Below are positions 26,401-38,419 of a DNA stretch of 64,000 nt, piece by piece. Position numbers and translations under genes: made by a program. The stretch comes from Heptranchias perlo (taxonomy: Eukaryota). Under the pieces are notes generated by a model. The model was not told the DNA's origin and searched no databases. It saw only the letters and a list, made by a program, of their open reading frames with translations. The DNA is taken from the NCBI RefSeq assembly GCF_035084215.1, contig NW_027139264.1, positions 186,001 to 250,000 on the forward strand, in the 5' to 3' direction. The number at the start of each line of letters is the position of its first letter. Positions within the stretch are counted from its first letter, which is position 1.

Positions 26401-29400
26401 ATCGGTGTTTACCGAGAGAGGGGATTAGGGTCAATCTATCGGTGTTTACCAGGAGAGGGGATTAGGGTAAATCTATCGATGTTTACCGAGAGAGGGGATT
26501 AGTGTAAATCTATCGGTGTTTACCAGGAGAGGGGATTAGGGTAAATCTATCGATGTTTACCGAGAGAGGGGATTAGGGTAAATCTATCAGTGTTTACCGA
26601 GAGAGGGGATTAGGGTAAATCTATCGGTGTTTACCGAGAGAGGGGATTAGGGTAAATCTATCGGTGTTTACCAGGAGAGGGGATTAGGGTAAATCTATCG
26701 ATGTTTACCGAGAGAGGGGATTAGGGTAAATCTATCGGTGTTTACCAGGAGAGGGGATTAGGGTGAATCTATCGGTGTTTACCGAGAGAGGGGATTAGGG
26801 TAAATCTGTCAGTGTTCACCGAGAGAGGGGATTAGGGTAAATCTGTCGGTGTTTACCGAGAGAGGGGATTACGGTAAATCTATCGGTGTTTACCGAGAGA
26901 GGGGATTAGGGTAAATCTATCGGTGTTCACCGAGAGAGGGGATTAGGGTAAATCTATCGGTGTTCACCAGGAGAGAGGGGATTAGGGTCAATCTATCGGT
27001 GTTTAAGAGGAGAGAGGGGATTAGGGTAAATCTATCGGTGTTTACCGAGAGAGGGGATTAGGGTCTATCTATCGGTGTTTACCGAGAGAGGGGATTAGGG
27101 TAAATCTATCAATGTTTACCGAGAGAGGGGATTGGGGTAAATCTATCGGTGTTTAACAGGAGAGAGGGGATTAGGGTAAATCTATCGGTGTTTACCGAGA
27201 GAGGGGATTAGGGGAAATCTATCGGTGTTCACCGAGAGAGGGGATTAGGGTAAATCTATCGGTGTTCACCAGGAGAGAGGGGATTAGGGTAAATCTATCG
27301 GTGTTTACCGAGAGAGGGGTTTGGGGTAAATCTATCGGTGTTTACCGAGAGAGGGGATTAGGGTAAATCTATTGGTGTTCACCGAGAGAGGGGATTAGGG
27401 TAAATCTATCGGTGTTCACCAGGAGAGAGGGGATTAGGGTAAATCTATCGGTGTTTACCGAGAGAGGGGTTTGGGGTAAATCTATCGGTGTTTACCGAGA
27501 GAGGGGATTGGGGTAAATCTATCGGTGTTGACCAGGAGAGAGGGGATTTGGGTCAATCTATCGGTGTTTACCGAGAGAGGGGATTAGGGTAAATCTATCA
27601 ATGTTTACCGAGAGAGGGGAATGGGGTAAATCTATCAGTGTTTACCGAGAGAGGGGATTGGGGTAAATCTACCGGTGTTCACCGAGAGAGGGGATTAGGG
27701 TAAATCTATCAGTGTTTACCGAGAGAGGGGATTAGGGTAAAACTATCAGTGTTTACCGAGAGAGGGGATTAGGGTAAATCTATCGGTGTTCACCGAGAGA
27801 GGGGATTGGGGTAAATCTATCGGTGTTCACTGAGAGAGGGGATTAGGGTAAATCTATCGGTGTTCACCGAGAGAGGGGATTAGGTTAAATCTATCGGTGT
27901 TTACCGAGAGAGGGGATTAGGGTAAATCTATCGGTGTTCACCGAGAGAGGGGATTAGGGTAACTCTATCGGTGTTCACCGAGAGAGGGGATTAGGGTAAA
28001 TCTATCGGTGTTCACCGAGAGAGGGGATTAGGGTAAATCTATCGGTGTTCACCGAGAGAGGGGATTAGGGTAAATCTATCGGTGTTCACCGAGAGAGGGG
28101 ATTAGGATCAATCTATCGGTGTTCACCGAGAGAGGGGATTAGGGTAAATCTATCGGTGTTAACCGAGAGAGGGGAATAGGGTCAATCTATCGGTGTTCAC
28201 CGAGAGAGGGGATTAGGGTAAATCTATCGGTGTTTACTGAGAGAGGGGATTAGGGTAAATCTATCGGTGTTCAGCGAGAGAGGGGATTAGGGTAAATCTA
28301 TTGGTGTTTACCGAGAGAGGGGATTAGGGTAAATCTAATGGTGTTCACCGAGAGAGTGGATTAGGGTAAATCTATCGGTGTTTACCAGGAGAGGGGATTA
28401 GGGTAAATCTATCGGTGTTCACCAGGAGAGAGGGGATTGGGGTAAATCTATCGGTGTTCACCAGGAGAGAGGGGATTAGGGTAAATCAATCGGTGTTTAC
28501 TGAGAGAGGGGATTAGGGTAAATCTATCGGTGTTCACCGAGAGAGGGGATTAGGGTAAAACTATCGGTGTTCACCGAGAGAGGGGATTAGGGTAAATCTA
28601 TCGGTGTTCACCGAGAGAGGGGATGAGGGTAAATCTATCGGTGTTCACCAGGAGAGAGGGGATTAGTGTAAATCTATCGGTGTTTACCGAGAGAGGGGAT
28701 TAGGGTAAATCTATCGGTGTTTACCGAGAGAGGGGATTAGGGTAAATCTATCGGTGTTTACCAGGAGAGAGGGGATTAGGGTAAATCTATCGGTGTTTAC
28801 CGAGAGAGGGGATTGGGGTAAATCTATCGGTGTTTACCGAGAGAGGGGATTAGGGTAAATCTATTGGTGTTTACCAGGAGAGAGGGGATTAGGGTAAATC
28901 TATCGGTGTTTACCGAGAGAGGGGATTGGGGTAAATCTATCGGTGTTTACCAGGAGAGAGGGGATTGGGGTAAATCTATCGGTGTTTACCGAGAGAGGGG
29001 ATTAGGGTAAATCTATCGGTGTTTACCGAGCGAGGGGATTAGGGTTAATCTATCAGTCTTCACCGAGAGAGGGGATTAGGGTAAATCTATCGGTGTTTAC
29101 CGAGAGAGGGGATTAGGGTAAATCTATCGGTGTTTACTGAGAGAGGGGATTAGGGTAAATCTATCGGTGTTCACCGAGAGAGGGGATTAGGGTAAATCTA
29201 TCGGTGTTTACCGAGAGAGGGGATTGGGGTAAATCTATCGGTGTTCACCGAGAGAGGGGATTAGGGTAAATCTATCGGTGTTTACCGAGAGAGGGGATTA
29301 GGGTCAATCTATCGGTGTTTACCAGGAGAGGGGATTAGGGTAAATCTATCGATGTTTACCGAGAGAGGGGATTAGTGTAAATCGATCGGTGTTTACCAGG

Positions 29401-32400
29401 AGAGGGGATTAGGGTAAATCTATCGATGTTTACCGAGAGAGGGGATTAGGGTAAATCTATCAGTGTTTACCGAGAGAGGGGATTAGGGTAAATCTATCGG
29501 TGTTTACCGAGAGAGGGGATTAGGGTAAATCTATCGGTGTTTACCAGGAGAGGGGATTAGGGTAAATCTATCGATGTTTACCGAGAGAGGGGATTAGGGT
29601 AAATCTATCGGTGTTTACCAGGAGAGGGGATTAGGGTGAATCTATCGGTGTTTACCGAGAGAGGGGATTAGGGTAAATCTATCGGTGTTCACCGAGAGAG
29701 GGGATTAGGGTAAATCTGTCGGTGTTTACCGAGAGAGGGGATTACGGTAAATCTATCGGTGTTTACCGAGAGAGGGGATTAGGGTAAATCTATCGGTGTT
29801 CACCGAGAGAGGGGATTAGGGTAAATCTATCGGTGTTCACCAGGAGAGAGGGGATTAGGGTAAATCTATCAGTGTTTACCAGGAGAGAGGGGATTAGGGT
29901 AAATCTATCGGTGTTTACCGAGAGAGGGGATTGGGGTAAATCTATCGGTGTTTACCGATGGAGGGGATTAAGGTCAATCTATCGGTGTTTAAGAGGAGAG
30001 AGGGGATTAGGGTAAATCTATCGGTGTTTACCGAGAGAGGGGATTAGGGTCAATCTATCGGTGTTTACCGAGAGAGGGGATTAGGGTAAATCTATCAATG
30101 TTTACCGAGAGAGGGGATTGGGGTAAATCTATCGGTGTTTAACAGGAGAGAGGGGATTAGGGTAAATCTATCGGTGTTTACCGAGAGAGGGGATTAGGGT
30201 CAATCTATCGGTGTTTACCGAGAGAGGGGATTAGGGTAAATCTGTCAATGTTTACCGAGAGAGGGGATTGGGGTAAATCTATCGGTGTTTACCGAGAGAG
30301 GGGATTGGGGTAAATCTACCGGTGCTTACCGAGAGAGGGGATTAGGGTAAATCTATCGGTGTTTACCGAGAGAGGGGATTCGGGTAAATCTATCGGTGTT
30401 TACCGAGAGAGGGGATTAGGGTAAATCTATCGGTGTTTACCAGGAGAGAGGGGATTGGGGTAAATCTATCGGTGTTTACCAGGAGAGAGGGGATTTTGGT
30501 CAATCTATCGGTGTTTACCGAGAGAGGGGATTAGGGTAAATCTATCAATGTTTACCGAGAGAGGGGAATGGGGTAAATCTATCAGTGTTTACCGAGAGAG
30601 GGGATTGGGGTAAATCTACCGGTGTTCACCGAGAGAGGGGATTAGGGTAAATCTATCAGTGTTTACCGAGAGAGGGGATTAGGGTAAAACTATCAGTGTT
30701 TACCGAGAGAGGGGATTAGGGTAAATCTATCAGTGTTTACCGAGAGAGGGGATTAGGGTAAAACTATCAGTGTTTACCGAGAGAGGGGATTAGGGTAAAT
30801 CTATCAGTGTTTACCGAGAGAGGGGATTGGGGTAAATCTATCGGTGTTTACCGAGAGAGGGGATTCTGGTAAATCTATCGGTGTTTACCGAGAGAGGGGA
30901 TTAGGGTAAATCTATCGGTGTTTACCAGGAGAGAAGGGATTAGGGTAAATCTATCGGTGTTTACCGAGAGAGGGGATTAGGGCAAATCTATCGGTGTTTA
31001 CCGAGAGAGGGGATTAGGGCAAATCTATCAGTGTTCACCAGTGGAGAGGTTTATGGTAAATCTACCAGTGTTCACCACGGGAGAGGTTTATGGTAAATCT
31101 ACTGGTGTTTACCAGGGGAGATGTTTTTTGTAAATCTACCAGTGTTCACCACGGGAGAGGTTTATGGTAAATCTACTGGTGTTTACCAGGGGAGATGTTT
31201 TTGGTAAATCTACCAGTGTTTACCAGGGGAGAGGTTTATTGTAAATCTACCAGTGTTTACCAGGGGAGAGGTTTATGGTATATCTATCGGTGCTAACTAG
31301 GAGAGTGTATTGCGGTATATCTATCGGTGTTTACCGGGAGAGTGCATTGCGGTATATCTGTTGGTGTTTACCGGGAGAGTGTATTGCGGTATATCTATTG
31401 GTGTTTCCCGGGAGAGTGCATTGCGGTATATCTGTTGGTGTTTACCGGGAGAGTGTATTGCGGTATATCTATTGGTGTTTACCGGGAGAGCAAATTGCTG
31501 TAAATCTATTGGTGTTTACCGGGAGAGTGTATTGCGGTATATCTATCGGTGTTTACCGGGAGAGTGCATTGCGGTATATCTATCGGTGTTTACCGGGAGA
31601 GTGTATTGCGGTATATCTGTTGGTGTTTACCGGGAGAGTGTATTGCGGTATATCTGTTGGTGTTTACCGGGAGAGTGTATTGCGGTATATCTATTGGTGT
31701 TTACCGGGAGAGTGTATTGCGGTATATCTGTTGGTGTTTACCGGGAGAGTGTATTGCGGTATATCTATTGGTGTTTACCGGGAGAGTGCATTGCGGTATA
31801 TCTGTTGGTGTTTACCGGGAGAGTGTATTGCGGTATATCTATTGGTGTTTACCGGGAGAGTGTATTGCGATATATCTATCAGTGTTTACCGGGAGAGTGT
31901 ATTGCGATATATCTATCGCTGTTTACCGGGAGAGTGTATTGCGGTATATTTATCGGTGTTTACCGGGAGAGTGTATTGCGGTATATCTATTGGTGTTTAC
32001 CGGGAGAGTGTATTGCGGTATATCTATTGGTGTTTACCGGGAGAGTGTATTGCGGTATATCTATCGGTGTTTACCGGGAGGGTGTATTGCGGTATATCTA
32101 TCGGTGTTTACTGGGAGAGTGTATTGCGGTATATCTATCGGTGTTTACTGGGAGAGTGTATTGCGGTATATCTATCGGTGTTTACCGGGAGAGTGTATTG
32201 CGGTATATCTATCGGTGTTTACCGGGAGAGTGTATTGCGGTATATCTATCGGTGTTTACCGGGAGAGTGTATTGCGGTATATCTATTGGTGTTTACCGGG
32301 AGAGTGTATTGCGGTATATCTATCGGTGTTTACCGGGAGAATGTATTGCGGTATATCTATCTGTGTTTACCGGGAGAGTGTATTGCGGTATATCTATCGG

Positions 32401-33340
32401 TGTTTACCGGGAGAGTGTATTGCGGTATATCTATTGGTGTTTACCGGGAGAGTGCATTGCGGTATATCTATCGGTGTTTACCGGGAGAGTGTATTGCGGT
32501 ATATCTATCGGTGTTTACCGGGAGAGTGTATTGCGGTATATCTATCGGTGTTTACCGGGAGAGTGTATTGCGGTATATCTATCGGTGTTTACCGGGAGAG
32601 TGTGTTGCGGTTTTTCTATCGGTGTTTACCGGGAGAGTGTTTTGCGGTATATCTATCGGTGTTTACCGGGAGAGTGTATTGCGGTATATCTATCGGTGTT
32701 TACCGGGAGAGTGTATTGCGGTGTCTTTATCGGTGTTTACCGGGAGAGTGTATTGCGGTATATCTATCGGTGTTTACCGGGAGAGTGTATTGCGGTATAT
32801 CTATCGGTGTTTACCGGGAGAGTGTATTGCGGTATATCTATCGGTGTTTACCGGGAGAGTGTATTGCGGTATATTTATCGGTGTTTACCGGGAGAGTGTA
32901 TTGCGGTATATTTATTGGTGTTTACCGGGAGAGTGCATTGCGGTATATCTATCGGTGTTTACCGGGAGAGTGTATTGCGGTATATCTATCGGTGTTTACC
33001 GGGAGAGTGTATTGCGGTATATCTATCGGTGTTTACCGGGAGAGTGTATTGCGGTATATCTATCGGTGTTTACCGGGAGAGTGTGTTGCTGTTTTTCTAT
33101 CGGTGTTTACCGGGAGAGTGTTTTGCGGTATATCTATCGGTGTTTACCGGGAGAGTGTATTGCGGTATATCTATCGGTGTTTACCGGGAGAGTGTATTGC
33201 GGTGTCTTTATCGGTGTTTACCGGGAGAGTGTATTGCGGTATATCTATCGGTGTTTACCGGGAGAGTGTATTGCGGTATATCTATCGGTGTTTACCGGGA
33301 GAGTGTATTGCGGTATATCTATTGGTGTTTACCTGGAGAG
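23485..33340. repeat. ~9.9-kb 37-bp satellite with two subfamilies
   Basis: Subfamily A (to ~31020): ACCGAGAGAGGGGATTAGGGTAAATCTATCGGTGTTY. Subfamily B (from ~31280): ACCGGGAGAGTGTATTGCGGTATATCTATCGGTGTTT. Intermediate units lie between them. Confidence 0.98.
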
Positions 33341-33452
33341 AGCATTTGTCGCATTTCTTTCTAGACTGTGTATTGCAGGGGTTCCCTGAACACTCCCAAG
33401 TCCAGATCACTGCTCACCACACAGTCTGTCATTTACTCTCTTTTCCTGGAAC
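33333..33452 (-). pseudogene. TRIM pseudogene, exon 5 equivalent
   Basis: ttcctcag|...VVSSDLDLGVFREPLQYTV*KEMRQMLSP|gtaaac, homologous to FRGPLLYAVWKEMKQIISP of the intact gene. The Trp codon is TAG and the 120-bp length implies a +1 frameshift. Confidence 0.85.
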
Positions 33453-33564
33453 CTGAGGAAATGGTTCATTAACAGGTTTGTTTGAAATATTTAGCCATGG
33501 GGGGTTGTAAAAATAAATAAACAGTGTGAGAATGTGGAAGACAAGGTTTAAAATTCACCCTCAC

Positions 33565-33586
33565 CTCCGCTTCAGTCCTTTAACTC
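33565..33586 (-). pseudogene. TRIM pseudogene, exon 4 equivalent (22 bp)
   Basis: tacgcag|GAGTTAAAGGACTGAAGCGGAG|gtgagg; one base shorter than the 23-bp exon, 112 bp from the exon 5 equivalent. Confidence 0.7.
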
Positions 33587-34074
33587 CTGCGTACAATTAG
33601 AAACACCACACATCACGATTAGTAAACACGTTTACTGCACATAATCTGCCTTTTGCATTAAAGCGAAAATCGCACCTTCCCCGAAGGCCATGGATAAAGA
33701 CATCGCCATGCTGACCTGGTGGGCTCGGCTTTCTGCTCACTCAGCTCTTCACTCCCAAGGCAACAATCGGGCTCAGTGCCCTGGACTGCAGAGAAGCTGT
33801 TTACAGGAGGAGGATCAGCTGTGATATCTTCTACAGTCGAATAGCCGACTGATTCTCTCATACAAAAACTGGCCACCTGCATCAAAGTACTGGAGGGCTG
33901 CCCACAGCTGAACTGCAATGTCAGTTAGCACATTATCAAAGGGAGGGAGAAGATGAAGCTAATTATACAAACAGACATGTTTGTTTTATTGTAGAAACTC
34001 AGGGGTCGAAATTGGTCTGGGGCAGGATCGTAAATTGACAGGATCGTAAAGCGGGCAGGATTATTTAAAAAAAT

Positions 34075-36020
34075 TCATTCATGGGATGTGGGCGTCGCTG
34101 GCGAGGCCGGCATTTATTGCCCATCCCTAATTGCTCTTGAGAAGGTGGTGATGAGCCACCTTCTTGAACCGCTGCAGTCCGTGTGGTGACGGTTCTCCCA
34201 CAGTGCTGTTAGGAAGGGAGTTCCAGGATTTTGACCCAGCGACAATGAAGGAACGGCCGATATATTTCCAAGTCGGGATGGTGTGTGACTTGGAGGGGAA
34301 CATGCAGGTGGTGTTGTTCCCATGCGCCTGCTGCTCTTGTCCTTCGAGGTGGTAGAGGTTGCGGGTTTGGGAGGTGCTGTCGAAGAAGCCTTGGAGAGTT
34401 GCTGCAGTGCATCCTGTGGATGGTACACACTGCAGCCACAGTGCGCTGGTGGTGAAGGGAGTGAATGTTTCGGGTGGTGGATGGGGTACAAATTAAGCGG
34501 GCTGCTTTGTCCTGGATGGTGTTGAGCTTCTTGAGTGTTGTTGGAGCTGCACTCATCCAGGCAAGTGGAGAGTATTCCATCACACTCCTGACTTGTGCTT
34601 TGTAGATGGTGGAAAGGCTTTGGGGAGTCAGGAGATGAGTCAGTCACCGCAGAATACCCAGCCTCTGACCTGGTCTTGCAGCCACAGTATTTATATGGCT
34701 GATCCAGTTAAGTTTCTGGTCAATGGTGACCCCCAGGATGTTGATGGTGGGGGATTCGGCGATGGTAATGCCGTTGAATGTCAAGTGGAGGTGGTTAGAT
34801 TCTCTCTTGTTGGAGATGGTCATTGCCTGGCACTTGTCTGGCACAAATGTTAGTTGCCACTTATGAGCTCAAGGCTGGATGTTGTCCAGGTCTTGCTGCA
34901 TGCGGGCTCGGACTGCTTCATTATCTGACGGGTTGCGAATGGAACTGAACACTGTGCAATCATCAGTGAACATCCCCATTTCTGACCTTATGATGGAGGG
35001 AAGGTCATTGATGAAGCAGCTGAAGATGGTTGGGCCGAGGACACTGCCCTGAGGGACTCCTGCAGCAATGTCCTGGGGCTGAGATGATTGTCCTCCAACA
35101 ACCACTACCATCTTCCTTTGTGCTAGGTATGATACCAGCCACTGGAGAGTTTTCCCCCTGATTCCCATTGACTTCAATTTTACTTGGGCTCCTTGGTGCC
35201 ACACTCGGTCAAATGCTGCCTTGATGTCAAGGTCAGTCACTCTCACCTCACCTCTGGAATTCAGCTCTTTTGTCCATGTTTGGACGAAGGCTGTAATGAG
35301 GTCTGGAGCTGAGTGGTCCTGGCGGAACCCAAACTGATCATCGGTGAGCAGGTTATTGATGAATACGTGCTGCTTGATAGCACTGTCGATGACACCTTCC
35401 ATCACTTTGCTGATGATTGAGAGTAGACTGATGGGGCGGTAATTGGCCGGATTGGATTTGTTCTGCTTTTTGTGGACAGGACATACCTGGGCAATTTTCC
35501 ACATTGTCGGGTAGATGCCAGTGTTGTAGCTGTACTGGAACAGTTTGGCTCGAGGCACGGCTAGTTCTGGAGCACAAGAGTTCAGCACTACAGCTGGGAT
35601 GTTGTCGGGGCCAATAGCCTTTGCTGTATCCAGTGCACTCAGCCGTTTCTTGATATCACGTGGAGTGAATCGAATTGGCTGAAGACTGGCTTCTGTGATG
35701 GTGGGGATATCAGGAGGAGGCCGAGATGGATCATCCACTCAGCACTTCTGGCTGAAACTCTTCAGACTTGCCTTTTGCACTCACGTGCTGGACTCCGCCA
35801 TCATTGAGGATGGGGATGTTTGCAGAGCCTCCTCCTCCCGTTAGTTGTTTAATTGCCCACCACCATTCATGACTGGATGTGGCAGGACTGCAGAATTTTT
35901 ATCCGATCCATTGGTTGTGGAATCGCTTAGCTCTGTCTATAGCATGTTGCTTCCGCTGTTTAACACGCATGTAGTCCTGAGTTGTAGCTTCACCAGGTTG
36001 GTCCCTCATTTTTCGGTACG
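34075..36020 (-). mobile_element. LINE (CR1/L2-group) RT fragment with 3' end
   Basis: 289-aa ORF with ANYRPISLLS, QFGFR, LDIKAAFDRVWH, GVPQGSVLGP and FTDD; the same 3' end recurs at ~49225-49915 (+) and ~54320-54610 (-). Confidence 0.9.
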
Positions 36021-36490
36021 CCTGACTCGCACCAAGTCCCGTTCTCCCATCACCCCCTGTGCTCACTGACCTACATTGGCTCCAGTCCACTAACGCCTTG
36101 ATTTTAAAATTCTCACCCTTGTTTTCAAATCCCTCCATGACCTCGCCCCTCCATATCTCTGTAACCTCCTCCAGCCCGACAACCCTCTGAAATCTCTGTA
36201 CTCCTCTGATTTTGGCCTTTTGTCCATCCCTGATTTCCTTTGCTCCACCATTGCTGGCCGTGCCTTCAGCTCCCTCGGCCCTAAGCTCTGGAATTCCCTT
36301 CCTAAAGCCCTTCGCCTCTCCACCTTTCTCTCCTCCTTTAAGACACTCGTTAAAACCGACCTCTGACCAAGCTTTTGGTCACCTATCCTAATATCTCTTT
36401 ATGTGTCTCTGTGTCCAATTTTGTTTGATAATTGCTCGTGTGAAGCACCTTGTGACGTTAAAGGCATTATATCAATGCAAGTTGTTGTTA
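36020..36490 (+). mobile_element. L2 LINE 3' end
   Basis: HITP.L..LHWL...FKIL.LVFKSLH-type RT C-terminus and gcaagttgttg tail. Confidence 0.75.
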
Positions 36491-36609
36491 TAATTGGATT
36501 TAATTTCAATACTGTAATTAAAGTGATTTCCCCTAGTTAGACTTAATTAGATTATAATGAGGCTCCGTCCTGATTTCAATGCGAGGTTTTCCTCCCTCCA
36601 CATTGTGAA

Positions 36610-36772
36610 GAGGACCCAATGATCCAGTTCTAGACAGGGACCCAACGATCCAGTTCCAGACAGGTACCCCGTGATCTGGTTCTAGACAGGGACCCAACGA
36701 TCCGGTTCTAGACAGGGTCCCAGTGATCTGGTTCGAGACAGGGACCCACTGATTCGGTTCCAACCAGGGACG
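36610..36772. repeat. 26-bp tandem repeat (~6 copies)
   Basis: Unit CAGGGACCCAACGATCCRGTTCTAGA. Confidence 0.85.
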
Positions 36773-38419
36773 CCAGAAATGTTGGAAATATGTTATTATT
36801 AATGCTACCAAAGGGTTGTTAATCCTTCTTAATAATAATTTCCACCATGATTCGGGCCCGAGTGTGACCGAAGATGCAAGCTTCGACACAAAAACAACGT
36901 TCTAATACAGTTATATCAAATAAACAAGGATGGTACAACCTGTCCCTTGGAAGTTTCAAGCTGATCAGGCCTGGTGTCGTAGGGTGTGTTGGCCTTCATT
37001 GCCCCAGAAGCTGCTTCTAACTGTGGTGGGCCAGTGTCCCAGTTTATACATCTTTCCGAAGCATAGTTGCTTCTGGTGGCTTAACGACGTCATCCCGTGA
37101 TGTCATCTGTCTCGAACGTCTCTTCCCCCCCACCCCAGGGTGCCCATTGTTCCAGACATCTTTCAGATATCCATCCCATGGTGTTAACTGTTGTCCATTC
37201 TATCTTATGGGGGTGGGCCATCCCCTTATCTTTCTGTGTATTTAATCTGTGCCCAGGTCCTGGGTCTTTGATTGTGCCTTGGAATGTTTTGTTATCTGTT
37301 CCTGACAATTTGGTCTTCAATGCGTCAGTTCACAGTTTTCTTGACTTTGCAATATTCCCAATCACTTTGCCTGATGTCAGGCATATCATTTCCTGTGGAG
37401 TGTTGGCTCCCTTTGTATTCTCACAGAGGCAAGGTCTGCCCACAGCCTCGCTTTTCAGACAAGCGCCTAAAGCTTTGCAGGATGGGATACGTGACTATGA
37501 TTTGGTCTAGAAAGCGTCTTTCTTGCAGCCTCCTCCTGTGCTGTGACACTATAAACAGTGGTGATGGGATATTTTCCTTTAGCTTCTAGCAGCGTCAATG
37601 TTCAAATTATTTACAGAAATCGATCGGATGATTTCAGAAGCTTTGAGGGAGAAAGTAATCGAGGGATATCCTGAGAGGGTAGAGGAAGTAAAGAGGGAGG
37701 AGGCTCGTGTGGAGCATAAACACCAGCCTGGACCCGACCGCATAATAAAATAATGCACCAATTGAATTTTAAAACCTATATATTATCTTACCTTTGTTGT
37801 GCTGATTGTTAGAAAAGGTAAATGCTATTTATTTACACCTGTGAGAGAGAGAGGAAGACAGGTGAGTCTTTCCTCATTCTAATTAGATTTATTGAATTTT
37901 AAAAGCAAACAAAGTCTGTTTGAGGGAAACAGCGAGGAAGGGAGGGAAGGGGAGGAGGGAAACAGGAAGAGTGTGGGGGGGGCCTGGGCTCTCTCTCCAA
38001 CTGGTTTTGGGGGAGCAAATAAGGACGGAGGGGAGTGGGTGGAGGGTTCAGGGTGAGGTGAGTGTCAGTGAAGGGAGGGGGCACAGGAGGCAGAGGTTGA
38101 GTGGATAGTTCAAAGGGGAAGAGGTGGGGTTAGTTATGGGAGTGGGGGTGGTTGGAAGGGGAGGGGGTTGTGGGAAGATAAAGGGTGAAGGATGTGATGG
38201 TGGGGGGAGGGAAACACAAGTGATTGGGGTGGAGATGGGAAGGGAACAGCTGAGGGCCATATTTTCCCTGTCGGCCCCACCTCAAATGCAATGGGCAGAT
38301 GTTGCTGGCTCTTTCAGTCACCGCACGACGCCACCAACCACCTCCCATCCAAAAGGAAAGGGAAGAAAGATAGAAGGAGAATCAGGAGAGAGAAGCAAAA
38401 AGAGGGGTTAGTTTCGGTT

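Noticed and set aside
23485-31020. True interstitial telomere
   Set aside because: TTAGGG is single per unit, never tandem, and absent from the exon-proximal subfamily.
23485-33340. CRISPR-like regular 37-bp repeats
   Set aside because: Head-to-tail units with no unique spacers, no cas genes, eukaryotic context.
31275-33456. Three 635-704 aa ORFs
   Set aside because: Translations of a stop-free 37-bp satellite; the same 37-aa period appears in all three frames.
33658-33918. 86-aa ORF as exon 3 of the TRIM pseudogene
   Set aside because: No coiled-coil character, and part resembles a dispersed repeat also seen near 21660.
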